DNA of 64,000 nt. Origin: Bacillota bacterium (GTDB lineage Bacteria; Bacillota; Limnochordia; DTU087). Numbering within the stretch: the stretch's first letter is position 1; the number at the start of each line of letters is the position of its first letter. The notes below the pieces were generated by a model. That model worked only from the letters and a program-made list of their open reading frames with translations. It was not told the DNA's origin and did no database searches. Location: the NCBI GenBank assembly GCA_012518315.1, contig JAAYSL010000084.1:20336-84335 (forward strand), written 5' to 3'. Of the stretch, positions 27,401-38,137 are shown piece by piece. The position numbers were made by a program, and so were the translations under genes.

Positions 27401-29482
27401 TTACTCTCTAGTCTTTGGTCGTCCGGTGGCCCGAGCAATAATCCTCCTCTGCAGGAAGATGGTTTGACAGTCTTCATCACCGAGCTCAGAGACGGTCTCT
27501 TCCTGGGAAACATCCACACTAATTGCTTCCGCGCCCGCCTCTATCGCCCGTTGTTTCGCTTTGTCAGTGGCATAGGCCACCGCGGCGGCAGTGGCTTCTT
27601 CCAGCTCCTCGAAGCTATTGTTATCCGGGACTCCTTGGATGATGTACCGTTCATCTCCGGTGACAGAGACAATCACTTCCACGGTAAGTGCTATGTTGCC
27701 AGTGATGGCCCCGATGGCATTGGCCACATCCGCATGATTAGGGATATGAAGCTCTGTCTGGAGGGCCTTGGCTAATGCCGGAAAATACGCCTCTACTGGT
27801 GCTCCGACAGCCACAATTGGCAAATTGATTTTCAGATTGCACTCCAAGGCCCGCCTATCAACCCCATTTAGCGATGTATGCAAGAGATACTGGCAGATGG
27901 GACATTCCTTCAGTGAGGGAGTCTCCACGGAGCGGGTCCAAAGTGCACCAACCGGCACTTTTTGATCTTTGGCCTGATTGCCCGTAGGCATCAGCTCTGC
28001 CAATAGAGCATCAAGGGCTTGCTCCGCTAAGCGTTGCTCCATGCCACTAAGAACCGCTTGACAGGTAGCTTCTACAGTGTGTTGCCATCGCTGGGCAAAA
28101 GCCTGGGCTCCCTGCCCCGCAGCCTTGGCATCCCAAAGCTCTAGTCTACCCAAAACATGGAGAATATCTGTGGGTGTCAAACCCACGCGATAAACCAGGC
28201 CCTGCGCTTCCAGGTGATCCATGCGCAAAAGGGAGGGGTAACTGTAGTCAATAGCTTTAGCTAATTGAAAGCGGGAAGCACCCCCGAGATCTTGCAGGGC
28301 CTGCAATGCTGCTTCCTCCCGGGTACCGATCTCTACATCGCTTTTGGATCTAGCAGATTTCCTCTGCTCTATGCTCTTTCTGGTGGGAATGAAAAACTCA
28401 ACCGGAGGCAAAAGCGCAGCATCAACATGCTGGGTTTGCACATCCTGCCAAATTTCTAACTCCTTAGCAATAGCCGGAGATAGCCTGGCAGCATAGCTAA
28501 CGGGTATCACTCTCCGTGGACCTATAGCCAGACACCCTTCCGGGGTAAGTGAAACCTCGCTATCACCCCCAAGGCCAGTAGTATGGAGATCCAAGGTTTT
28601 TACAGTTGTTCGGTAGACTCCAATCCGGGCACCACTAGCTCGTAAGCGGGGCTGACCATTACGCACCAACCCGATGTCAGTGGTGGTGCCTCCCATGTCG
28701 ATAACCAACGCGTCCTTACAACCGGTCAGGTGTAAAGCCCCATAAACACTGGCCACTGGGCCAGACATAAGGGTTTCAATGGGCCGCCGCCGAGCGAGTT
28801 TCTCACCCATCAAAGTCCCATCACTGCGCTCCAGCATGATGGGGGCCGCTACTCCTCGTTCTTTGAGCACAACCTCCACTGCCTGAATTAGCTCCAGGAT
28901 GATGGGGATCAAACGGGCGTTCCAGAACACTGTTGTCGCTCTTTTCATAGAGTCCATTTCATTGCTAATCTCGTGGCCGCTAATGGCTGGAATCCCATAT
29001 TCCTTTTCAATGAGGGCTTGCACCCGATGCTCGTGCTCAGGGTTTACTGCGCCACCCATTTCCGAGATAGCTATGACCTCTACATCCTCAGCCATCGCCC
29101 GAACTACTCGGCGCACTTCTTCTTCGTCTAGCAAAGCCCTTTCCTTGCCCCGCATATCATGGCCACCAGCTACGATCCAATAAGGATTAACCCGAAGAAA
29201 TCGCTGTACGAGCTCAAGGTCATACCCGATCAAAAGTAGCCCTGCCCGGGCCCCCTTACCCTCCACTAAGGCATTGGTGGCTAGTGTAGTGGAAAGCCCT
29301 ACCAGCTCAATCGCCTCGGGCTTGTCAATTTCTATCTGTGCCAATGAAGCCGCAATGCCCTTGGTATAATCATCTTTTGTGGTTAGGGCTTTACCTTTAC
29401 CTAGTACAGACTCTTGCTCAAAATCGTATAATACAGTATCTGTATAAGTGCCTCCAGCATCTATGCCCAATCCAAGCCGCAT
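27401..29482 (-). CDS. hydantoinase/oxoprolinase family protein (HyuA-like)
   Basis: N-terminal GIDAGGTYTDTVL and hydantoinase_A motif DMGGTTTDIG. 693 aa. Confidence 0.65.
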   Translation of the reverse strand: MRLGLGIDAGGTYTDTVLYDFEQESVLGKGKALTTKDDYTKGIAASLAQIEIDKPEAIELVGLSTTLATNALVEGKGARAGLLLIGYDLELVQRFLRVNPYWIVAGGHDMRGKERALLDEEEVRRVVRAMAEDVEVIAISEMGGAVNPEHEHRVQALIEKEYGIPAISGHEISNEMDSMKRATTVFWNARLIPIILELIQAVEVVLKERGVAAPIMLERSDGTLMGEKLARRRPIETLMSGPVASVYGALHLTGCKDALVIDMGGTTTDIGLVRNGQPRLRASGARIGVYRTTVKTLDLHTTGLGGDSEVSLTPEGCLAIGPRRVIPVSYAARLSPAIAKELEIWQDVQTQHVDAALLPPVEFFIPTRKSIEQRKSARSKSDVEIGTREEAALQALQDLGGASRFQLAKAIDYSYPSLLRMDHLEAQGLVYRVGLTPTDILHVLGRLELWDAKAAGQGAQAFAQRWQHTVEATCQAVLSGMEQRLAEQALDALLAELMPTGNQAKDQKVPVGALWTRSVETPSLKECPICQYLLHTSLNGVDRRALECNLKINLPIVAVGAPVEAYFPALAKALQTELHIPNHADVANAIGAITGNIALTVEVIVSVTGDERYIIQGVPDNNSFEELEEATAAAVAYATDKAKQRAIEAGAEAISVDVSQEETVSELGDEDCQTIFLQRRIIARATGRPKTRE

Positions 29483-29496
29483 CTAGTGTCTCCTCT

Positions 29497-32400
29497 CTAG
29501 CTTCGGGATCGATTGATGCGACCTTTTCCCACAAGGTGTTCGGCCTGTACGCAAAAATCCCGAAGCCTAGCCCCGTCTATCCAATACTCTTTCGTCAGCC
29601 ACAAGCAAGTTTTACTTGGACTGGCGAAATACAGAGCAACTGGCGTATTTCCGGAAAACTCCTGCAGAAGCTCCCGCAGCTGCAGCAGCACTTCCTCCTC
29701 TAGGCCATCGGCCCCAATGACCATCGGGCCTTTTGGTCGGGGTGAATTCTCTTGCTTCGATTCTCTAGGATTCTTCTCTTTATCCATCTTCTCCTGCCAC
29801 TCATCGATGGTGGACAAAGCAGAGGCGATTACTTTGGCCTGAAATTCCCGATCCACCCCCTCATCCTCGCCGACAGCCACCAATTCATCACTGGCTAAAT
29901 CATCCACTTCCTCTACAGAAGAATCGTTCCTGCCTTCGATAATCAAGATGGCCTCTCCGGACAGAAGCTGTCGATACTTCTCATAGACTTGTGGGAATAT
30001 GATAATCTCTATCGGTCCTGCTTGGTCTTCTATGGTAACAAAGGCCATCTCATCATTTCGCCGGGTCAATACACGCCGAAGATCAACCACTACCCCAGCA
30101 ACAACCACATTTTCGCTTGGTGATCGCCTCTCTAGCTCCCGGCTAGTAGTCACGCCCCAATCTCCCAGCCGATGAGCGTATTGATCAAGGGGGTGGCCTG
30201 AGAGATAGACACCGATTAGTTCCCTCTCATACTGAAGCTTCTTGTGTTCATCATATTCGGCGATCTCCGGGCCTGTTTCCCAGGTAAAGACCTGCTCATC
30301 AATGGTAGCCATATCAAATAGACTACCCTGCCCACGGTGCTGACTGCGGTTATGGCTTGCCGCCACCTGTAGAACTTGCTCCAGGATCGCTTCTAGTTTG
30401 GCCCGGGGTTCACCCAGGCCATCAAGGGCCCCAACTCGCAAGAGACTAAGCAATGCATCTTTGCTCGGGCGAGCCCGAATAGCAAGGTCCAACAGTGACT
30501 GATAAGGCCCAGCATCTCTGTTTTCCACTACTGCCAAAGCCGCACTTTCTCCCACATTCTTAATGGCAGAAAGCCCAAAACTGATGGTCTTATCTGTGTG
30601 GGGAACAAAGGTAACCTCACTGGTATTGATATCCGGTAACCCCACGGTAATGCCCATATCCTGACATTCCGCCAGGTATTCACCTAGCTTGACATTCTTG
30701 CCCTTACCCATAACACTAGTAAGCAATGCCGCCATGAACTCTGTTGGGTGGTGATTCTTAAGATAAGCAGTCTGATAGGCAATCAGAGCATAAGCGGAGG
30801 CATGGCTCTTATTGAACCCGTAACCCGCGAATTTTTCAATATCATCGTAGATTTGCCTGGCCAAGACTTCAGAGTATCCCCGGGATACAGCTCCCTGGAT
30901 AAATTTCTGTCTTTCTGCATCGATGATAGACTGCTTTTTCTTCCCCATCGCCCTGCGCAAGAGATCTGCTTCACCCAGAGAAAAACCAGCAAAATGATGG
31001 GCAACTGCCATTACTTGCTCCTGATAGGCCATTATTCCATAAGTTTCTTTCAAGAGTTCCTCGAGATGGGGATGGGGCCAAGTCACCGCCTCTTGTCCTT
31101 TCCTTCTTCGAATCACTGTGGGAATATATTGCATGGGACCAGGTCGGTACATGGCATTAAGTAATGTCAAATGCTCCAGGCTCTCTGGTTGGAAGTCTTG
31201 AAGTAATCTTCTCATTCCCTCTGATTCGAACTGAAAGATACCACCGGTTAGACCGGCATGGAAAATGTTCCTATAGGTGTCTTCATCATCGAGGGGGATT
31301 GTCTCCATGTCCAGCTCGATCCCGTGGAGTCTCTCCACCCAATCAACAGTTGCCTGGATTACTGAAAGATTGCGCAAAGCCAGGAAATCTACCTTGAGGA
31401 ACTTCATTTCTTCTAGGATGCCCATTGGGTACTGAGTGACGAAAGGTGTCACTACCTTATCGCTTTCCGGCCGCCCCAATGGCATGTCTAGTTCCAGGGG
31501 TCTGGGAGCGATAACTACTCCTGCGGCATGGGTAGATGCATGGCGAGGAAAGCCTTCCAGAAAGCGGGCAGTGTCCAAAACCTTCTTTGACTCCTCATCC
31601 TGTGTGTAGGCATTTTGAAGTTCAGAAGCTGTGGCCAAAGCATTAGCCAAAGACTCCCCAAATGGTATAGCCTTAGCAATGGCGTCTGCCTTCCGCAGTG
31701 GCACCCCAAGAACACGGGCCACATCCCGCACTGCGGCCCTAGCCTTTAGAGTACCAAAGGTAATAATCTGAGCAGTTCGATCTGCGCCGTACTTTTGAAC
31801 GACATATTCTATCACTTCATTGCGGCGATGATAGCAAAAATCCATATCTACATCGGGCAACGTGATCCTGGCAGGATTGAGAAACCGCTCAAAAAGCAGT
31901 CCATATCGCAAAGGATCGATATTGGTGATCTGTAGGCAATATGCAACCAATGACCCTGCGGCACTCCCTCGCCCAGGTCCTACCGGTATGCCCTTTTCTC
32001 GGGCAAAACGGACAAAGTCCCAGACAATCAAAAAGTAATCCGAATACCCCATTTGTCCGATGACTTCCAGTTCGTATTCTAGTCGCTTGCGAACCGTTTG
32101 GCTGATCTCACCATATCGGCGGCTAGCACCTTCCTCCGCCAAAGTCCTAAGGTAGCGATCAGCACTATCATAGCCTTCGGGAAGCTCAAAATGTGGCAAA
32201 TGGACTGTATCAAAATCTAGCTCTACCTGACAGCGCTCCATAATATGTAGTGTATTAAAAAACGCCTCTTTATGATCAGGAAATAGCTCTAGCATCTCCG
32301 CTGGGCTCTTTAGGTATGCTTGATTACTGGAAAACTGCAGGCGATTATCATCGGAAAGCTGTTTGCCAGTTTGAATGCAAACGACGACATCATGTAAGAA

Positions 32401-33081
32401 AGCATGCTCTGGTTCCACATAATGATAATCATTTGCAACAATCAGGGGCAGCTCTGTTTCTCGATGGAGCCTTAGGAGCCCCCGGTTGACTAGCCTCTGC
32501 TCTTCTAGGCCATGATCTTGAAGCTCCAGAAAGAAGTTGCCCTTGCCCAAGATTTCTCCATACTGCAAAGCTGCACCCCGTGCTCCTTGGTAGTTGTCCT
32601 CCAAGAGCAACCGACTAGTCTCTGAAGCAAGACAAGCGGAGCTACCGGCTATGTGTCCCTGTCCACACTCCTTTACCAACTCAGCCAGTAATGCTTTATC
32701 AATACGGGGCTTATAGTACACCTCTGAGCGAGAGACTAACCGGTAAAGCATGGAAAGCCCGACATTATCCAAGGCCCAGAGCACCAGATGCCAGTTGGCA
32801 TCATCACCTCGGCTTTTCTCCTTGTCAAAGCGACTGCGGGGTGCCACGTAAGCCTCAACACCTGGAATGAAACGAAACGGTTTACCGGTTTCCTCTGTCA
32901 TTCTTTTGGCGATCAGGTAGCATTCTGCTGTCCCATACATTGCTCCATGGTCGGTCACGGCAATGCCTGGCATCCCCAAGGAAGCAGCTCGTCGAAAGAG
33001 CTCCTCTGGCGGTGCGGCCCCATCTAGTAGCGACCAGTAAGTATGACCATGCAGATGCACAAACATGAGACTATCACCCAT
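29497..33081 (-). CDS. dnaE: DNA polymerase III alpha subunit (DnaE type)
   Basis: PHP domain start MFVHLHGHTYWSLLDGA, plus polymerase core and OB-fold regions. 1194 aa. Start is ATG 33081 or 33063. Confidence 0.9.
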   Translation of the reverse strand: MGDSLMFVHLHGHTYWSLLDGAAPPEELFRRAASLGMPGIAVTDHGAMYGTAECYLIAKRMTEETGKPFRFIPGVEAYVAPRSRFDKEKSRGDDANWHLVLWALDNVGLSMLYRLVSRSEVYYKPRIDKALLAELVKECGQGHIAGSSACLASETSRLLLEDNYQGARGAALQYGEILGKGNFFLELQDHGLEEQRLVNRGLLRLHRETELPLIVANDYHYVEPEHAFLHDVVVCIQTGKQLSDDNRLQFSSNQAYLKSPAEMLELFPDHKEAFFNTLHIMERCQVELDFDTVHLPHFELPEGYDSADRYLRTLAEEGASRRYGEISQTVRKRLEYELEVIGQMGYSDYFLIVWDFVRFAREKGIPVGPGRGSAAGSLVAYCLQITNIDPLRYGLLFERFLNPARITLPDVDMDFCYHRRNEVIEYVVQKYGADRTAQIITFGTLKARAAVRDVARVLGVPLRKADAIAKAIPFGESLANALATASELQNAYTQDEESKKVLDTARFLEGFPRHASTHAAGVVIAPRPLELDMPLGRPESDKVVTPFVTQYPMGILEEMKFLKVDFLALRNLSVIQATVDWVERLHGIELDMETIPLDDEDTYRNIFHAGLTGGIFQFESEGMRRLLQDFQPESLEHLTLLNAMYRPGPMQYIPTVIRRRKGQEAVTWPHPHLEELLKETYGIMAYQEQVMAVAHHFAGFSLGEADLLRRAMGKKKQSIIDAERQKFIQGAVSRGYSEVLARQIYDDIEKFAGYGFNKSHASAYALIAYQTAYLKNHHPTEFMAALLTSVMGKGKNVKLGEYLAECQDMGITVGLPDINTSEVTFVPHTDKTISFGLSAIKNVGESAALAVVENRDAGPYQSLLDLAIRARPSKDALLSLLRVGALDGLGEPRAKLEAILEQVLQVAASHNRSQHRGQGSLFDMATIDEQVFTWETGPEIAEYDEHKKLQYERELIGVYLSGHPLDQYAHRLGDWGVTTSRELERRSPSENVVVAGVVVDLRRVLTRRNDEMAFVTIEDQAGPIEIIIFPQVYEKYRQLLSGEAILIIEGRNDSSVEEVDDLASDELVAVGEDEGVDREFQAKVIASALSTIDEWQEKMDKEKNPRESKQENSPRPKGPMVIGADGLEEEVLLQLRELLQEFSGNTPVALYFASPSKTCLWLTKEYWIDGARLRDFCVQAEHLVGKGRINRSRS

Positions 33082-34957
33082 CCTCCGATATCACTAAGGT
33101 ATATGTGGCCTCCAGAGTCCAGGGATCAGGCCTGTAGTGATCAAAGATGAACCAGCCGTGATCCGTCAATTCTTCGGAGATACCACCCATGTGCCAGGGA
33201 GCATTGTCAGGCAAATCCCTTTGTTTGGTACTTTGGCTTAGGAGTGTGCTTAAGAGTTTAACGAAATCCGACGAGAATCTGCCAATACGCACCTGCTGCA
33301 TCAATTCTCTAGGAGAAAGCGACGATGTAGCAGGATGCAATCTCTTCATAACCACGGGGTTGCGCAACAATTTGTTTCGTAGATGATTGTAATCCTTACC
33401 CAGCTTGTCCGGCATCCAGGAACGTAAAGGACGGTGGCGTTCAGTGCGGAGAAAGTCAAACTTAAGTGTTTCTACAGCGATAGGCAAGATCTCCGGATGC
33501 TCCTGACGCAGGTATCTGTATAAGATATCATAGAGGGCAAGCTGGCTATGGCTTACACGGTGCAGCCCTCGTTTTTCGAAGTACGCGGCAAAATCCTCAA
33601 AGAACTGGAAAGGAGATGTGTATAGCCTATTACAGAGCAGCCACAAAGTTAGGCCAAAGCGATGAGTATTATGGTATTGCTCCAAGAGGCTTTCGATTCT
33701 CTTAAGGCGGGTTAGATCTTGGGCACTCATGGTGGGTGTTCGAATGATCTCATAGGGGGCATATGGGTCAAAGACAAGCCCTAGTTTCTCACTATTTACC
33801 CTAAGCCCCGAGCCTTTGAGCAATTTCAAAAAACCTAGTTGAATGCGGTGGCCGCCTAACCCGTATACATCATCAAAGGACTTTTGAAAACTCTCATATG
33901 TCTCATAGGGTAATCCGGCAATTAGATCAAGATGGAGGTGGATATTGCCAGGTTCGGCCAATCGCTTGATGATCCTGGCTAGTTCTTCCCATTCACTTTT
34001 GCGGCTCACAGCATCCAAAACCTCAGGAGTAGTAGACTGGATCCCAATCTCGAACTGAAATAGTCCCGATGGTACGGTACTAAGGTACGTTAGCAGCTCT
34101 TCAGTGAGGATGTCAGCGCTAATCTCAAAGTGGAAAATCGTGGGCGGCTTAGCCTCCAAAAAAGCGCCCCGCCTGGTGCTTTCCTCAAGCAAGAACTCGA
34201 AGATCTTAAGGGCCCAAGCAGGTTTAGCATTGAAGGTACGATCAATCAGCTTGACCTGGGGAACACCCGCGTCTAGAAGCTTGATAAACTCAGCCTTTAC
34301 CCTCTCCCAGGGGAAATAACGAACCCCGCGGGTATTGGCAGATAAACAATACTGACAATTAAACGGACACCCCCGGGAGGTCTCCAGGTAGACAAGCTTG
34401 TTGCGATATCGTTCTTCCAGATTGGCAGGATAGGGAGATGGGAGCTCATCCAGGTGAACAGGCTCTCCCTGAATGATTCGCTTGGACATTTCACTGAGAG
34501 CATACTGAGTAGCATCCTTAGGATCCTCTAATAGGAGCCGGGAGAGCAACATAGCAAAGGCTATTTCCCCTTCCCCGGTGATACAGAAATCAATCTCGGG
34601 ATATTGCCCCATTAGGGCCTTGGTATCATAGGAAACCTCCGGTCCACCTACAATCACAGTCAAATCAGGTTTAGCGAGTTTCAATCGGGTAATCACGTGC
34701 AATGTCTCGGATATGTTCCAGATATAGCAAGAGAAACCAATGATATCTACGCCTAGGGAGAGGATCTCACCTACGATATAGTCAACTGGTTGGTTAATGT
34801 GGAATTCTAGGATCTCAAATGACACAGGTAACTGCTGTATCTCCGAGTAAGCCCGCAGGTAATCAATAGCCAAGTTGGAATGGATAAACTTGGCGTTCAG
34901 GCTAACTAGTGCCACTGGAGTTTGATTTGCTTGTTCACCTTTACTCACGCTATTCAT
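33074..34957 (-). CDS. B12-binding domain radical SAM protein (DUF4080 type)
   Basis: B12-binding N-terminal domain; CxxxCxxC (SRGCPFNCQYC); C-terminal DUF4080-like region. Overlaps the dnaE start by 8 nt. Confidence 0.8.
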   Translation of the reverse strand: MNSVSKGEQANQTPVALVSLNAKFIHSNLAIDYLRAYSEIQQLPVSFEILEFHINQPVDYIVGEILSLGVDIIGFSCYIWNISETLHVITRLKLAKPDLTVIVGGPEVSYDTKALMGQYPEIDFCITGEGEIAFAMLLSRLLLEDPKDATQYALSEMSKRIIQGEPVHLDELPSPYPANLEERYRNKLVYLETSRGCPFNCQYCLSANTRGVRYFPWERVKAEFIKLLDAGVPQVKLIDRTFNAKPAWALKIFEFLLEESTRRGAFLEAKPPTIFHFEISADILTEELLTYLSTVPSGLFQFEIGIQSTTPEVLDAVSRKSEWEELARIIKRLAEPGNIHLHLDLIAGLPYETYESFQKSFDDVYGLGGHRIQLGFLKLLKGSGLRVNSEKLGLVFDPYAPYEIIRTPTMSAQDLTRLKRIESLLEQYHNTHRFGLTLWLLCNRLYTSPFQFFEDFAAYFEKRGLHRVSHSQLALYDILYRYLRQEHPEILPIAVETLKFDFLRTERHRPLRSWMPDKLGKDYNHLRNKLLRNPVVMKRLHPATSSLSPRELMQQVRIGRFSSDFVKLLSTLLSQSTKQRDLPDNAPWHMGGISEELTDHGWFIFDHYRPDPWTLEATYTLVISEDG

Positions 34958-35077
34958 CCTTATCTATCCCTCTGAACCTCTCACCACGTCTAAAGCCGGG
35001 GGTCTCTATGGTTTCACAAAAGACATTATCGAGCTATCGCTGGATGGCTCTTATGTTCCACCGATGAATCCGGGGTT

Positions 35078-36019
35078 TTACGAGCCATTTCGGTAATGGT
35101 GGACACGGGTTTCAATTTGGGGCTGGTTAATTACCTTGCTAAAAGGTGGTATACTTTCGGTTAACCAGACATTACCTCCAATCACTGAACCTTGCCCAAC
35201 TACAGTATCTCCCCCCAAGATAGTGGCCCCGGCGTAGACCGTCACATTATCCTCGATGGTGGGATGGCGACGTGTGCCTCGGATTAGTTTGCCTTTCTCA
35301 TCCTTGGGAAAGCTAAGCGCCCCTAAAGTGACACCTTGGTAGAGTTTCACATGATTACCTATCACACAGGTTTCACCAATCACAACACCGGTTCCGTGAT
35401 CGACAAAAAAGCTCTCCCCAATTTGGGCCCCAGGGTGGATATCAATACCTGTACAACTGTGGGCATGTTCACTCATGATGCGAGCAATCAAAACAAGCCC
35501 CATCTGATAAAACTCATGGGCTAGCCGATGAACTGTGATGGCATAGATGCCTGGATAGGATAAAACGATCTCTTCCAGGCAGGTGGCCGCAGGGTCACCA
35601 TCATAGGCGGCTTGTACATCCTTCTCTAGCTTAGCTTGGATGCTAGGTAAACGATGAAGGTACTCCATGGACAACTGGCAGCTTTTCTCCATCACTGGAC
35701 AGGCAATGGCAGTAGTATCACAAGTGTGTGAGCAAGTATTGTGCAAGGCGTTATGGATCTGTCCTGCCAAACGCCAGTAGACCACCCCTAAATGCTCCAG
35801 CATGCAAACGACATCATGCCCATTGCGGGATGGTTTGAAATACCCTGGAAAAAGGATGCTCCGCAGATCTTGCAGCAAATCGACGACATTCTCTGGCCTT
35901 GGAACAGTCTTGTCTCCGTTCTCCATAGTATATCCCAATGCACCGGCTATTGTGGCTAACTGTTTGACTATGTGAGTCTGATCCTTCTGAGCAAATTCAT
36001 TGAGCGCCAAATTTCCCAC
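35078..36019 (-). CDS. cysE: serine O-acetyltransferase (long form)
   Basis: SATase N-terminal helical domain plus left-handed beta-helix hexapeptide repeats (GIDIHPGAQIGESFFVDHGTGVVIGE). GTG start. Confidence 0.85.
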   Translation of the reverse strand: MGNLALNEFAQKDQTHIVKQLATIAGALGYTMENGDKTVPRPENVVDLLQDLRSILFPGYFKPSRNGHDVVCMLEHLGVVYWRLAGQIHNALHNTCSHTCDTTAIACPVMEKSCQLSMEYLHRLPSIQAKLEKDVQAAYDGDPAATCLEEIVLSYPGIYAITVHRLAHEFYQMGLVLIARIMSEHAHSCTGIDIHPGAQIGESFFVDHGTGVVIGETCVIGNHVKLYQGVTLGALSFPKDEKGKLIRGTRRHPTIEDNVTVYAGATILGGDTVVGQGSVIGGNVWLTESIPPFSKVINQPQIETRVHHYRNGS

Positions 36020-36271
36020 TCCCCTGTAGAGCTTATCCTGACATTCCTCACCATATATAATACTTCAGAGCACGCCAAAGGGCCATACCCTGAATATCCT
36101 GTAGTCTATTCTTATCTCCGAGAAGTGGGACTGAAACCTGGACTGCCTAGCCTAGTGGTAAGATACCAGGCCAAAGAAAGTGTGTTAGAGGAGGGTATGG
36201 AAGCAGGAGGCAGTATGTGTATACCACCTCCCGCTCAATCTAGACCAATCTAAGGTTAGCCCTATGACGGG

Positions 36272-37027
36272 TTACTCCAAAGCGAAAACCATTTCTACGA
36301 TTGCCTTAATCTCCAATTTACCCGGTTGGATATAGGTTGGCATGCCTCGATCGGAAGAGGCTACCATCTTGACCATCATCTCATTGCCGGCATAGTAAGG
36401 CTCGAACTGAGTGTTGGGATCACGAATCACCATGATAGGACCAAGCTTCTCCCCCGCGGCTGTGGCCATGACACCCGCTTTGCGGCGGCCGTTCTCTACT
36501 GCTAAAGTCAATGCCTTATCTCGCCAGGGTTCTTCATCGGCTAGAGTAAAGCGAACCGAATTGACATTGGTGGCTCCTGTCTTAATAGCAGCATCGATCA
36601 CTTCTCCCACTTTAGAGAGATCTCTTAACATGACTGAGATGGTGTTACTCACTCTATAGCCGGTGATCTGGTCACCCTTTTCCTCACTATAGCGATAAAC
36701 TGGATAGACATTGAAGTAACTGGTTTCTATATCTTCACCCTTAATACCTAGCTCTCCCAGAGCGGCCAAGATATTGCGCATGTTAATCGCGTTCTTGGTC
36801 TGCGCTTCGTCAGCTTCAGGAGCCTGGGTTACCACACCCAAATTGACATAAGCCAAATCAGGATCCACCCGGATACTACCCTGGCCCTGAACATAGACTT
36901 GGCGGATCTCCTGAGCAAAACCCACCCCGGGAAAAGCTATCCATACTAAAGCAATGGTAATAATCACCACTCTGAAGCCAAGCCCTAGATGCTGCATGCA
37001 AACTACCCCCTCAATAATGGGTTGCAC
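36272..37027 (-). CDS. SIMPL-domain (DUF541) protein, secreted
   Basis: Signal/TM segment, then YVQGQGSIRVDPDLAYVNLGV... typical of the SIMPL family. Confidence 0.75.
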   Translation of the reverse strand: MQPIIEGVVCMQHLGLGFRVVIITIALVWIAFPGVGFAQEIRQVYVQGQGSIRVDPDLAYVNLGVVTQAPEADEAQTKNAINMRNILAALGELGIKGEDIETSYFNVYPVYRYSEEKGDQITGYRVSNTISVMLRDLSKVGEVIDAAIKTGATNVNSVRFTLADEEPWRDKALTLAVENGRRKAGVMATAAGEKLGPIMVIRDPNTQFEPYYAGNEMMVKMVASSDRGMPTYIQPGKLEIKAIVEMVFALE

Positions 37028-37126
37028 TTAATACCTATCTTCTAGGTATGGATTCCACAAAAGGGGCCCATGTCCTGCTTGAATTGTCATACCAGGAAAA
37101 CCCAGGATATACTTTCCCTAGCAAGC

Positions 37127-38137
37127 CTAGATCAATGGCGCCTCTAAGACAGCAACCAAGAGCTTTACACAGTCATCTACATCTCCCAAATCCACCATCT
37201 CTGATGGGCTATGGATATAACGGGCAGGGATAGACACTGCACCCGTGGGTACTCCACTGCGGCTTAGATGAATCGAACCTGCATCAGTGCCACCTCGCTC
37301 CAAGACTTCCATCTGATAAGCTATCCCCTGGGCCTTGGCTGTATTAACCAATAGGTCTTTCACGGCAGGGTGGGTGATCACCGAACTATCCTTGACCTTG
37401 ATAGCCGCCCCTTTACCTAAAGATACGGCCATCCGATGAGCCTCGGGGGTATCTCCGGTATCTGTCACATCTACTGCGATCCCATAGTCTGGATCTACGG
37501 AATAAGCAGCGGTGCGAGCCCCTCTCAGGCCTACCTCTTCTTGAGTAGTAAACACGAAATAGACCTCATGGGGTGACTCCTTTAGTCTGCGCGCCGTCTC
37601 TATCAATACAGCGCAGCCGATACGGTCATCTAGTGATTTAGCAATCACCCGCTGCCCTTGGAGTGTATACTCCCGGTGGTAGACTGCCACATCACCGATA
37701 TTTATCCTTGCCTCTGCTTCCTCCCTGGAAGTAGCCCCAATATCGATAAACATTTTGCTATACTTCAGATCTTTGATCTCATCGAGTTTCTCCTGTCCGA
37801 ACACTCCAATGGTTCCATCGGCAAACCTAACTCTTTGGCCGATAAGTGTAAAGGCTGAAACGCCGCCAACATTGGAGAAGCGCAAGAACCCATGCTCATC
37901 GATATCGGTGATGATTACCCCAATTTCATCCATATGGGCAGCCAACATGATCTTCTTGGCATCGGCGGGACCCCGCTTGATGGCGATAAGATTACCCATT
38001 GTATCTGCGTAAACCTGGTCAACTAAAGGTCGCATGACCTCAGTAATATACTCAGCCACCTCGTCTTCCCTACCGGTGGGCCCGTAGAGCTCTACCAACT
38101 GCTTGATTACATCTTGCATGATCAGCACTCCCTCCAC
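37127..38137 (-). CDS. M42 family aminopeptidase (TET/FrvX-like), paralog 1
   Basis: MLAAHMDEIGVIITDIDEHGFLRFSNVGG, and M42 metal ligands. Confidence 0.85.
   Translation of the reverse strand: MEGVLIMQDVIKQLVELYGPTGREDEVAEYITEVMRPLVDQVYADTMGNLIAIKRGPADAKKIMLAAHMDEIGVIITDIDEHGFLRFSNVGGVSAFTLIGQRVRFADGTIGVFGQEKLDEIKDLKYSKMFIDIGATSREEAEARINIGDVAVYHREYTLQGQRVIAKSLDDRIGCAVLIETARRLKESPHEVYFVFTTQEEVGLRGARTAAYSVDPDYGIAVDVTDTGDTPEAHRMAVSLGKGAAIKVKDSSVITHPAVKDLLVNTAKAQGIAYQMEVLERGGTDAGSIHLSRSGVPTGAVSIPARYIHSPSEMVDLGDVDDCVKLLVAVLEAPLI

Noticed and set aside
36020-36271. Possible T-box upstream of cysE (by analogy with the Bacillus gltX-cysE-cysS leader)
   Set aside because: The 250-nt leader has some GGAGG/CCUCC hairpins but no AGGGUGGNACCGCG T-box core and no clear terminator, so it is not supported.
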